DNA from: a virus
Taxonomy: Duplodnaviria; Caudoviricetes
Direction: 5' to 3' (one strand)
DNA: 31,948 nucleotides
IMG/VR virus record: IMGVR_UViG_3300023116_000201
Span: 1 to 31,948 of that record
Within the stretch, counting starts at the first letter, position 1. Each line of letters opens with the position of its first letter. The translations under genes were made by a program, and so were the position numbers. The notes beneath the pieces are model-generated. The model made no database searches, was not told the DNA's origin, and saw only the letters and a list, made by a program, of their open reading frames with translations. Shown piece after piece: positions 17,167-24,232 of the stretch.

Positions 17167-18164
17167 TGCCACATAATGATCTCCACACCAAAGCTTTAGC
17201 TAGAGCTAGAGCAGCACAAACCGCAAGACCAGACACTTCTGTAGTTGACCTGGAGAAGGGTGGGGGTAAAGAAACTCCCAACGATAATCCCCAGTCGATT
17301 ACTGAATATCCCAAGAATTTTGTCAAGTGTACATCCGCTGGACATGTTCTTGAGATGAACAATTCCTCTGGTGGTGAACGTGTCCGTCTCATTAATGGTG
17401 GGACAGGATCGTTTATTGATATGGATAGTGATGGCAAAACTTATATTCAATCTAAGAATGAGTTACATCTAAAGTCTGACCACAGCACAACACTTGTTGT
17501 TGGTAAGGACATCAAGAAAGACAAACTCGTTATTAAGGTTGTGGGTGATTGTCACCTCCAAGTTGAGGGTGACCTCCATACTGAAGTGCTAGGTGATCGT
17601 TACGACTCTATCGCAGGAAACTGGAAGGTAGAGACGAAAGGATCTACATTCATGACTTCACGAGAAAACATTGGCATTGAAGCTGATAGCGAGCTCCGTA
17701 TCATTGCCAATGAGATTAACCAGAAAATGACGTTCGCCAAGACCGATATGGCTGCTGGCGGACAGGTTGTCGAAGAAATTAACGGCAACCGTGTGATTAG
17801 AATGAGTAAAGAAGGTGGTACCTTCGCTATTGAGAGCGAGGGAGACCTTCGATTTAATGTCAAAGGTTGTCGCTACGACAAAATTGGAAGAAATTACTTT
17901 ACTGAAGTTCAGGGCAAAATTAAGATCAATGCGATTGGAGATGATGTCGATTGTATCGAAGGTGGTGCCCCTGCTGGAATGGATGTTGAAAAACCAGAGG
18001 ATTCTCCCTATGGGAATCCAACTGGTTGGGAACTAACAACAGGTGAAACTTCAGTTCGCATTACTGCCGAAGACTTCTATATGGCTGCTACTGGATCAGC
18101 CAAAATGGAAGCAGGTGGAGACGAATTTAAGATTGAGTGCGACAACGGGATTTACCTTAATTGA
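17166..18164 (+). CDS. gp5 C-terminal-like beta-helix spike protein
   Basis: EYPKNFV..TSAGHVLEMNNS.GGERV...GSFI followed by V.GD/V.G.-type repeats (VVGDCHLQVEGDLHTEVLGD). TAATG-coupled to gp5. Confidence 0.78.
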   Translation: MPHNDLHTKALARARAAQTARPDTSVVDLEKGGGKETPNDNPQSITEYPKNFVKCTSAGHVLEMNNSSGGERVRLINGGTGSFIDMDSDGKTYIQSKNELHLKSDHSTTLVVGKDIKKDKLVIKVVGDCHLQVEGDLHTEVLGDRYDSIAGNWKVETKGSTFMTSRENIGIEADSELRIIANEINQKMTFAKTDMAAGGQVVEEINGNRVIRMSKEGGTFAIESEGDLRFNVKGCRYDKIGRNYFTEVQGKIKINAIGDDVDCIEGGAPAGMDVEKPEDSPYGNPTGWELTTGETSVRITAEDFYMAATGSAKMEAGGDEFKIECDNGIYLN

Positions 18165-18189
18165 CATTCGACGGTGAATGTTGTATAGT
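18161..18189 (+). promoter_or_regulatory. Sigma70-type (early) promoter
   Basis: TTGACA (18161-18166), 17-nt spacer, TATAGT (18184-18189), 14 nt before the ATG at 18204. Confidence 0.85.
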
Positions 18190-18203
18190 AAAAAACGTAA
18201 CTA

Positions 18204-18494
18204 ATGTACGGTATGCCTCTAACATTACATCAGGCACACGTTCTCTCATCCTTCATCGAAGAGAAGTGTGATGAATATGTGGAAGAACTTACTCGGAGTA
18301 AGTTTCAATCCCCAAACGCAGATCAAACCCAAGCAGGAGCCTTCTTTACTACCACTAGGAGTGCCCTGATGGCAACCAAAGAACATGCGGACAAGATCAT
18401 CGCTCATGCCAAATCTCAAAGTGGCACAGTGAACACCGCAGGCTTCATGTGGGTGCCCTATGATATGGAGGAAGACAAGCAAACAGCATCATGA
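18204..18494 (+). CDS. Hypothetical protein
   Basis: 96-aa ORF directly after the promoter; its stop overlaps the next start (ATGA). Confidence 0.65.
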   Translation: MYGMPLTLHQAHVLSSFIEEKCDEYVEELTRSKFQSPNADQTQAGAFFTTTRSALMATKEHADKIIAHAKSQSGTVNTAGFMWVPYDMEEDKQTAS

Positions 18495-18670
18495 TGAACG
18501 AAACCCTCCTCTCGAAGTGCGTGGTCAACATCCCTACCCGCACCTTCACCCTGTTCTCCGATGATGCTCAAGTAAAAGAGCTGGTGTGTGACTCTGTTGA
18601 GCAGTTTGAGCGTGTGCTCGATGTAGTTCGTACCTCTTGTAATAATGACGAAGTTCAATACATTTACTGA
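18491..18670 (+). CDS. Small conserved cyanophage-type protein (59 aa, absent from the ORF track)
   Basis: Hand translation: [59 protein letters not shown]. It fills the gap exactly, with an ATGA overlap upstream. Confidence 0.72.
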   Translation: MMNETLLSKCVVNIPTRTFTLFSDDAQVKELVCDSVEQFERVLDVVRTSCNNDEVQYIY

Positions 18671-18672
18671 TT

Positions 18673-19176
18673 ATGTCACAAGTAGTTGCCCTTGCGGAAA
18701 TCCGTGAGGTCTTAAGAAACTCAAAGCGGGTTACCGATAAGGTACTGCTTGAAGTTGCCACCATTGCTATCAAAGAAACTCTAGGTGATCGTCTCAACAC
18801 AGAGATCACCATGGAGTCTAAGTTCGTAGACGATCTGGAAGCAGACTCTCTTGACCTCGTGGAACTGGTTATGTTCCTTGAGGAAGCCTTTGGTATCGAG
18901 ATTCCTGATGAGTATTCGATGGAGATTGTCACCGTTGGTGATGCCATCAAGGTCATCAAGGAATGTAAGAAGAACAAAGGTAAGAAGCGTAAGATCGACA
19001 AATCAAAGTATCTCAAAAAGCCAAATCCTGCTGGACCTATCGGTGCCACTCCCAAGCAGTTCCGTGGTGACGCAGCAGCTAAAAAGACTCAAGAACTCGC
19101 AGATGAAATTGAAAAGTTCCTTCAGGAAGACGACTCCGAAGGTGGAGACGACACCAGCTCTAGTCAAGGAAGCTAA
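18673..19176 (+). CDS. acpP: Acyl carrier protein with N- and C-terminal extensions
   Basis: [33 protein letters not shown]...IVTVGDAI is the ACP signature; phosphopantetheine Ser59 codon at 18847-18849. Confidence 0.88.
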   Translation: MSQVVALAEIREVLRNSKRVTDKVLLEVATIAIKETLGDRLNTEITMESKFVDDLEADSLDLVELVMFLEEAFGIEIPDEYSMEIVTVGDAIKVIKECKKNKGKKRKIDKSKYLKKPNPAGPIGATPKQFRGDAAAKKTQELADEIEKFLQEDDSEGGDDTSSSQGS

Positions 19177-19330
19177 CTACGCCCTGTACCGTGCTACAAT
19201 GAACTTGCCACATGCGGCATATCATTGCGGTATGACTAAGCGTGAAATGAAGATGACGTTTAGGGAGTTCCTTAAGCACCATCCTCCCGACTATCAGGAC
19301 CTTGAACAGTTAGAACTGCTAATGAAATGA
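19103..19330 (+). CDS. Small hypothetical protein, possible helix-turn-helix (start ATG 19103 or GTG 19142)
   Basis: [43 protein letters not shown]; ATGA overlap with the next gene. Confidence 0.65.
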   Translation: MKLKSSFRKTTPKVETTPALVKEANYALYRATMNLPHAAYHCGMTKREMKMTFREFLKHHPPDYQDLEQLELLMK

Positions 19331-20076
19331 AGACAAAAAAGGTATACTATAACTATGTCATGGCAGGATCTGAGGAATCTTTTCTCGATCCTAAGGAGAC
19401 TGACTTCTTTGCTGAAGATTATTTTGACGCTCCTAGTCCTGCCCTTAAAGGGTATGACATGAACTATCGCCATGCTAAATGCCCAGCATGGAAACAGTAT
19501 TATAGAAATACCTTTGCTCTTCACCAATCCTTCCCACTCGGCATAAACTATAAATCTGCCGATAAATATCTGGAGTCAAACCTATCGCAAGACTGCTTCG
19601 ATCAGTATTTTATGCTGGGCGATGGTTGGCTCAATGGAGAACACCCCGAGATTCAATTCAAACAAGGTTATTGTTTCTGGACAGAAGATAAGGATGTATG
19701 GATAGAACAGTTCCAGCATCCTGAGATGACCAGACTTGGACTAGATGTTGTATGTGGCACCTTCCCTATTTCCGTATGGCAGCGACCTGTCAACCTAGGA
19801 TTCAAGATTACCAAGTATGACCAAAACATCTGGCTCCCAAAAGGAGCACCTCTCTGCTACGTTCGCTTTACTTCAGCAAGAACTAGAGATGTCAAATTCG
19901 TCCTTGAAAAACGACCAGTCCCTGAGAAAGTGGCTAAGCGACAACTTCAAGATCTCTGGCTTAAAGACTGGCACAACAACTACTCATGGGACTTAATTAA
20001 GCAGAGACTTAAAAAAGAGGAGGAGAGTAGTTGCCCCTTCTCATTCATGTGGAGAAAGAATGGAACCACTTCTTAA
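19327..20076 (+). CDS. Hypothetical protein (CPAW...KGAPL motif family)
   Basis: 249-aa ORF coupled at both ends, aromatic-rich; no function recognised. Confidence 0.7.
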   Translation: MKTKKVYYNYVMAGSEESFLDPKETDFFAEDYFDAPSPALKGYDMNYRHAKCPAWKQYYRNTFALHQSFPLGINYKSADKYLESNLSQDCFDQYFMLGDGWLNGEHPEIQFKQGYCFWTEDKDVWIEQFQHPEMTRLGLDVVCGTFPISVWQRPVNLGFKITKYDQNIWLPKGAPLCYVRFTSARTRDVKFVLEKRPVPEKVAKRQLQDLWLKDWHNNYSWDLIKQRLKKEEESSCPFSFMWRKNGTTS

Positions 20077-20329
20077 AGTATACTGGGACTACCGCATTCT
20101 TGATGGCGTTGGTGTTGTCAAGATGTTTTATTTGAATGGTATGCCCTTCACATTTGATGATGAGGACATTCCCATCATAGATGAGATTGCGGAAACGTTG
20201 GCTAAAGACCGACCAGTTATCACTCATGAGGAGATCTATAGGGGATCCTCATATCTCATCGAAGAGGGTTTACATCCGCTCCTGGATGCTATAGACTTAG
20301 ATGAGTGTTCAGAGATGCCTCTGGAATGA
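20060..20329 (+). CDS. Small acidic hypothetical protein
   Basis: 89 aa, MFYLNGMPFTFD...SSYLIEEGLHP; overlaps both neighbours. Confidence 0.65.
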   Translation: MEPLLKVYWDYRILDGVGVVKMFYLNGMPFTFDDEDIPIIDEIAETLAKDRPVITHEEIYRGSSYLIEEGLHPLLDAIDLDECSEMPLE

Positions 20330-20787
20330 AAGAGTTTGATTATGACCTCGACTATAAGTCACTTGACTTCACAAATCCAGAAACTCGTAGACTTTATCGT
20401 ATTGGAAGGGGAGAGCAAGGAGTTCTACTGGTACGCCCTTATACAGACGACATTTGTACTCACTGGAGGTTCGTAGATGAGGTTACGGCTCACAAATCTT
20501 CTAATAAAATATACGCCATGTTCTGTGACTACAAGTCCAGACAAGATTTCATTGGCATGGACATGGCTAGGAAGTTCCTTGAAATGGGATTTACTCGCGC
20601 CCGACGATATGCTAATCATAGTTCGGGGAAAAAGTATGACTCCAAGGGTAATATCCGCCCCCAAGAATCAGACTGGGCAACAAGTGAAAAGGCTAAATCC
20701 GCCAAAGTCTTCAAAGAAAAGAGAGACTTGGCAGCTAAAGATCCGATTTATGTTGAGATGAGAAAGCAATGGCGCAAAGCAGAGTGA
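20326..20787 (+). CDS. DUF4385-family protein
   Basis: YRIGRGEQGVLLVRPY...HWRF...DFIGMDMARKFLEMGFTRARRYANH; start taken at ATG 20326 (ATGA overlap). Confidence 0.8.
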   Translation: MKEFDYDLDYKSLDFTNPETRRLYRIGRGEQGVLLVRPYTDDICTHWRFVDEVTAHKSSNKIYAMFCDYKSRQDFIGMDMARKFLEMGFTRARRYANHSSGKKYDSKGNIRPQESDWATSEKAKSAKVFKEKRDLAAKDPIYVEMRKQWRKAE

Positions 20788-21347
20788 CAGTGATCAAGCA
20801 ACTCCCTGATGAGTTGTTCTCTGAATTGAAAACAGTATGTGCTGAGCGCCGCAAAGATGCTGACTGGAATATGAGTCAGCGTCTAGTTGGTGCTATGATT
20901 CAGCAATCTAGTCTTGAAGTTTCACAACACCTACAAGACTGGATTGTTGACCAAACATCAAACTTGTGGTATGATATCAAGGCAACGTGCCCATGGAACC
21001 CAAATTATTTTTCGCCAGAATATTTGAGGCTCAGGGATTCTTGGGTAAACTACCAGAGACCTGGAGAGTTTAACCCAGTACACTGTCACAATGGTGTCGT
21101 TAGTTTTGTCATCTTCGTAGATATTCCTTACGGTGCTAGCGAACGTCAGCATCATCGAGCAAGTGGTAACTTCCAACTGGAAGATCAAATCCTTGACATA
21201 GATGCTAAATGGAATGGAACACTGCTAATGTTTCCTTCTTACACTCAGCACGCTGTATATCCTTATCAATCCACAGACAAGGAACGTATTACTGTTGCTG
21301 GTAATCTTTATTGGAATGTTGATGAAGTGGAGGAACAATGGTGGTAA
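20769..21347 (+). CDS. 2OG-Fe(II) oxygenase-superfamily protein
   Basis: WVNYQRPGEFNPVHCH...SFVIFV...FPSYTQHAVYP...RITVAGN, giving HxH...H...R of the double-stranded beta-helix fold. Confidence 0.82.
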   Translation: MAQSRVTVIKQLPDELFSELKTVCAERRKDADWNMSQRLVGAMIQQSSLEVSQHLQDWIVDQTSNLWYDIKATCPWNPNYFSPEYLRLRDSWVNYQRPGEFNPVHCHNGVVSFVIFVDIPYGASERQHHRASGNFQLEDQILDIDAKWNGTLLMFPSYTQHAVYPYQSTDKERITVAGNLYWNVDEVEEQWW

Positions 21348-21359
21348 GTAGTTCTCTTT

Positions 21360-21367
21360 TATAAATA
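21360..21367 (+). promoter_or_regulatory. T4-type late promoter TATAAATA
   Basis: Exact consensus, intergenic, 23 nt upstream of the HNH start. Confidence 0.82.
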
Positions 21368-21390
21368 AAAGTGGTCTACTACTCTCTCCA

Positions 21391-21807
21391 ATGTTAGGAA
21401 CCTGTACTAATTGCGCCCAAGAGTTCAGATACAACCCAGCCAATAAAACTGGTAAGTATTGTTCTAACACGTGTCAACAAGAGTTTCAAAAGAAACAACG
21501 TGTTGATGAGTGGTTGACAGGGGGCAAGAAGCCTGGTAAAATAGCATTGAAAGAATATCTCACAGAGACACACGGTTATAAATGTTCGTGCTGTGGGATT
21601 AGTGATTGGAACGGTAACCCAATTACTTTAGAGATCGACCACAAAGATGGAGATCCCTATAATGATAGCCCTGACAATCTCAGGTTTATCTGCCCAAACT
21701 GTCATTCCCAAACTCCTACATATAAAAGTAAGAACAAGGGTAATGGCAGAGTAACAAGACGTGAAAGAGCACGTCAAGATTATCACAGACAAGCCCTTGT
21801 AGCATAA
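21391..21807 (+). CDS. HNH endonuclease with N-terminal zinc-finger-like segment (putative homing endonuclease)
   Basis: CTNC...YCSNTC N-terminus; CSCC...LEIDHKDGDPYNDSPDNLRFICPNCHSQT HNH core. Confidence 0.9.
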   Translation: MLGTCTNCAQEFRYNPANKTGKYCSNTCQQEFQKKQRVDEWLTGGKKPGKIALKEYLTETHGYKCSCCGISDWNGNPITLEIDHKDGDPYNDSPDNLRFICPNCHSQTPTYKSKNKGNGRVTRRERARQDYHRQALVA

Positions 21808-21864
21808 TGGTAATGCAGCGCACTTGTAATGCGAAGAGTGTTGGTTCAAATCCGATCGGGGGCT
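21793..21864 (+). tRNA. tRNA-Thr (anticodon UGU), CCA not encoded
   Basis: Acceptor GCCCTTG/CGGGGGC; D arm GCA-TAATGGTAA-TGC; anticodon arm CGCA-CTTGTAA-TGCG; T arm GTTGG-TTCAAAT-CCGAT; discriminator T. Confidence 0.92.
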
Positions 21865-21899
21865 TTTTTACTGGCTCTGATATCTCTGATATATCTCCT

Positions 21900-22070
21900 A
21901 TGAAAGTAAATCTTTGGTATTGTCAAGACATGAACCAATGGCGTTGGTCGTTGGTAGATGACAAAGATCCAATGAGACAGGAAAGTGGACAGCAACCATT
22001 CCTTAGAGATGCTATGAATGATGTTGCCAACACCGTAGAATACTTACTGGAAACTAACCAGGAAGAGTGA
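21900..22070 (+). CDS. Small conserved cyanophage-type protein
   Basis: MKVNLWYCQDMNQWRWSL...QESGQQPFLRDAMNDVANTVEYLL. The ORF-track start lies inside the tRNA, so ATG 21900 is preferred. Confidence 0.72.
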   Translation: MKVNLWYCQDMNQWRWSLVDDKDPMRQESGQQPFLRDAMNDVANTVEYLLETNQEE

Positions 22071-22231
22071 TAGACGATAATACCCCAAGCAAATTGCGAG
22101 AAATTATTATGGACACATGGCCAAATTTGTTTAGACCACCTAAACGTACATGGGATACTACGACACCATCTTCTCAAACTTTGATCTCGGACCAGGATTC
22201 TGGAACCGAACCCTCAAAACACAAAACTTAG
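22067..22231 (+). CDS. Possible small protein (54 aa, absent from the ORF track)
   Basis: GTG overlapping the previous TGA; reads MIDDNTPSKLREIIMDTWPNLFRPPKR...KT*. Its 3' half overlaps the next ORF. Confidence 0.45.
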   Translation: MIDDNTPSKLREIIMDTWPNLFRPPKRTWDTTTPSSQTLISDQDSGTEPSKHKT

Positions 22232-22491
22232 ACAATCTATTCAGTGAGTATTGGCTCGATCCTAAAGGCAGATTCTGGAGCATCGATTATACTGGCACAT
22301 ATGATTTTGAGGATCATGGCGACTTCAAACTCGTCAAGTCCACAAACAACGGTAGGGTCACGCCATTCAATTTCACCAAGCAAATTGAGGTTTATCCTGC
22401 TGTGTGGTCATCTTGGTATGCTCCAACACCCAGAGCCATAGTCTCTATTGAACATGGTCAGGTAAAAGAGTGCTATTATGCGGGTAACTAA
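22150..22491 (+). CDS. Hypothetical protein
   Basis: 113 aa, MGYYDTI...QNLDNLFSEYWLDPKGRFW.IDYTGT; ends at the regulatory region. Confidence 0.68.
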   Translation: MGYYDTIFSNFDLGPGFWNRTLKTQNLDNLFSEYWLDPKGRFWSIDYTGTYDFEDHGDFKLVKSTNNGRVTPFNFTKQIEVYPAVWSSWYAPTPRAIVSIEHGQVKECYYAGN

Positions 22492-22513
22492 ATAAATCGT
22501 GTGAAGGAAGTGC

Positions 22514-22544
22514 GAAGGGAGGCTTGACGCCTCCCTTTCTTTTT
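22514..22544 (+). terminator. Rho-independent terminator
   Basis: Stem AAGGGAGGC / GCCTCCCTT with loop TTGAC, followed by TCTTTTT. Confidence 0.87.
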
Positions 22545-22552
22545 GCTATGAT
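22524..22552 (+). promoter_or_regulatory. Sigma70-type promoter overlapping the terminator
   Basis: TTGACG (22524-22529, in the hairpin loop), 17-nt spacer, TATGAT (22547-22552) preceded by extended -10 TG; TATAAT also follows at 22552-22557. Confidence 0.75.
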
Positions 22553-22575
22553 ATAATGGTCTTCGACGATATGTT

Positions 22576-22842
22576 ATGACTATTGAAGGTCGCCCCGAAC
22601 TGAACGTTGACTGGAACGCTGAGTACGCTAAGCAGCGCCGCAGCAGGATGGATGATTGTATTAATGACTATATGGGAGATGAAGAGGTAACTCCTCGTCA
22701 GTGCTATGAAGATATGCTGGCTGTCTGTAATGAGTGGATTGAATACCACAAGAAGCATGTAGACAGGTGGGCGGAACTCAAGTCCCTGATGATGGGGCAC
22801 CGTGAAGTTGATTTTTACAACAACATTCCCGAGCGATACTAA
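22576..22842 (+). CDS. Hypothetical protein
   Basis: 88-aa ORF after the promoter; TAATG-coupled to the next ORF. Confidence 0.68.
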   Translation: MTIEGRPELNVDWNAEYAKQRRSRMDDCINDYMGDEEVTPRQCYEDMLAVCNEWIEYHKKHVDRWAELKSLMMGHREVDFYNNIPERY

Positions 22843-23021
22843 TGGGCAAGTACGATAATCTAGATGAGTATGAGCGAGCCATCGTTCACTTTGGTAACCG
22901 TGTAGATGTTATCTGTGCCATGGAAATGGCAGGGAAACTCGAATTTAATTCAGCATTTGACTTAATTAAGTCAGAATACAAAGAACTGAAAAAAATCAGA
23001 AAAAAATATGAGTCTGATTAA
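22842..23021 (+). CDS. Small helical protein (59 aa, absent from the ORF track)
   Basis: Hand translation: MGKYDNLDEYERAIVHFGNRVDVICAMEMAGKLEFNSAFDLIKSEYKELKKIRKKYESD*. It fills the gap and resembles a small family seen in cyanophages and cyanobacteria. Confidence 0.72.
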   Translation: MGKYDNLDEYERAIVHFGNRVDVICAMEMAGKLEFNSAFDLIKSEYKELKKIRKKYESD

Positions 23022-23586
23022 CTTATTCCCCACACCAATAGTTCATATCGAAGTTCAGCCCAGGGCAAAGTTGCTTTCCTGGGCTAAAAACTTTTCAGAA
23101 CAGGCTGCCCACGATCCCAACTCTAGCAGTGCTGGTTGGCACTCACAATATGATCTCCACACTTTGCCTGAGTTTGCTGAACATTGGCAATCAATCTGGG
23201 AGGATGTTATCTATGGTTGCTGTCAGTTAATTGACGATCGCCATGAAGTTTTGCCCGCTTCGATGTGGTTAAATAAGAACAAACCTGGGGATTACAATTT
23301 ATCCCACAAGCATTACAATGTAGACTTGTCTGGTGTATTGTGGCTTGAAACTCCACCTAATTGTGGTAGAATTGTTTTTGAAAATGAGCAAGACATTACG
23401 CGATATAATTTGATTGAGAAGGTAGACCCTGATTATCAAAACGCATCCTCATTCCACCACACAGTTTGGTTTGAACCAGTAGCATGGAACATGATAATTT
23501 TTCCTGCTGATTTGCGTCACAGTGTAGAGCGTAACAGGTCAGATCAAGATAGACTTTCCTTAGGGTTTAATTTGAAGGTAGTATGA
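23008..23586 (+). CDS. 2OG-Fe(II) oxygenase-like protein (TIGR02466-like)
   Basis: LFPTPI, GWHS, MWLNKNKPGDYNLSHKH...LSGVLWL...IIFPADLRHSVERN...RLSLGFN. Confidence 0.87.
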   Translation: MSLINLFPTPIVHIEVQPRAKLLSWAKNFSEQAAHDPNSSSAGWHSQYDLHTLPEFAEHWQSIWEDVIYGCCQLIDDRHEVLPASMWLNKNKPGDYNLSHKHYNVDLSGVLWLETPPNCGRIVFENEQDITRYNLIEKVDPDYQNASSFHHTVWFEPVAWNMIIFPADLRHSVERNRSDQDRLSLGFNLKVV

Positions 23587-23777
23587 AGCCAGACATTCAG
23601 CAGTATTTTTCATATCAATACGATCCTTGTGGACATCTACATGTTAGAATACACAAGGATTTTATTGATGAACTTGGTTGGAACGATCAAGACCTAGAGT
23701 TATCTTTCGGTGGTATTAGGAAGATGAATGACTGGGGTAAAGATGCGACGCTAACAATACATAAACATGTTCGATGA
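23583..23777 (+). CDS. Small hypothetical protein, possibly AbrB-like fold
   Basis: 64 aa, overlap-coupled; GHLHVRIHKDFIDELGW..QDLEL loosely resembles AbrB/MazE swapped hairpins. Confidence 0.55.
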   Translation: MKPDIQQYFSYQYDPCGHLHVRIHKDFIDELGWNDQDLELSFGGIRKMNDWGKDATLTIHKHVR

Positions 23778-24201
23778 GTTTTTAGAGTGGTTTGAAGGTG
23801 ACTATAATAACTGGAAACAAGCATCCAGTTGGCCAAGTCACTATGCTCACATTCTGCTTAAGCATGAAAAGACAGGTGATAACACCTTTTATTGTGAGCA
23901 GAAGTTTAAGCATGATGGTCAAATCTATCGTAAAAAAGAGATCAAACTAGAGTGGGTGGGTGAGGAAATTATTGCTCGCAATCCCGTTTGTGACATTCAT
24001 TTTCAGAGAGTTGCTTTACCTGATGGATGGGCTTTTGTTGGTAGAAACTATCACAGTCCATTCGTAAATGGTGGGTATCTTCGCAGTGAAGCAATTCTCA
24101 GACATAACCAGTACATCGTTATTGATAGGGGTTATGATGAGAATGGAAAGCAAGTTTGGGGTAGTGAATATGGTCCATTCGTGTTTGACAAAAAGGTATA
24201 A
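23767..24201 (+). CDS. cpeT: CpeT/CpcT-like phycobiliprotein lyase
   Basis: WFEGDYNNWKQA...P..YAHI...H and C-terminal DRGYDENGKQVWGSEYGPFVF, T-type bilin lyase motifs. Confidence 0.88.
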   Translation: MFDEFLEWFEGDYNNWKQASSWPSHYAHILLKHEKTGDNTFYCEQKFKHDGQIYRKKEIKLEWVGEEIIARNPVCDIHFQRVALPDGWAFVGRNYHSPFVNGGYLRSEAILRHNQYIVIDRGYDENGKQVWGSEYGPFVFDKKV

Positions 24202-24204
24202 ATA
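24197..24204 (+). promoter_or_regulatory. T4-type late promoter TATAAATA
   Basis: Exact consensus overlapping the cpeT stop, 28 nt upstream of the structural gene block. Confidence 0.85.
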
Positions 24205-24232
24205 ACACAGAAGATCTTCATGTAGGGACAGC

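Noticed and set aside
18546-19055. 169-aa antisense ORF over ACP, and the long 18851 start of the overlapping + frame
   Set aside because: Both overlap the well-supported ACP. Only the 3' part of the 18851 frame (from about 19103) looks like a real gene.
21875-21892. CTCTGATAT tandem duplication after the tRNA, as a possible att site or target-site duplication
   Set aside because: Only 9 nt twice, no second copy of the tRNA 3' end was noticed, and there is no integrase in the window.
21807-21899. N-terminal extension of ORF 21807-22070
   Set aside because: It runs through the tRNA; ATG 21900 is the more plausible start.
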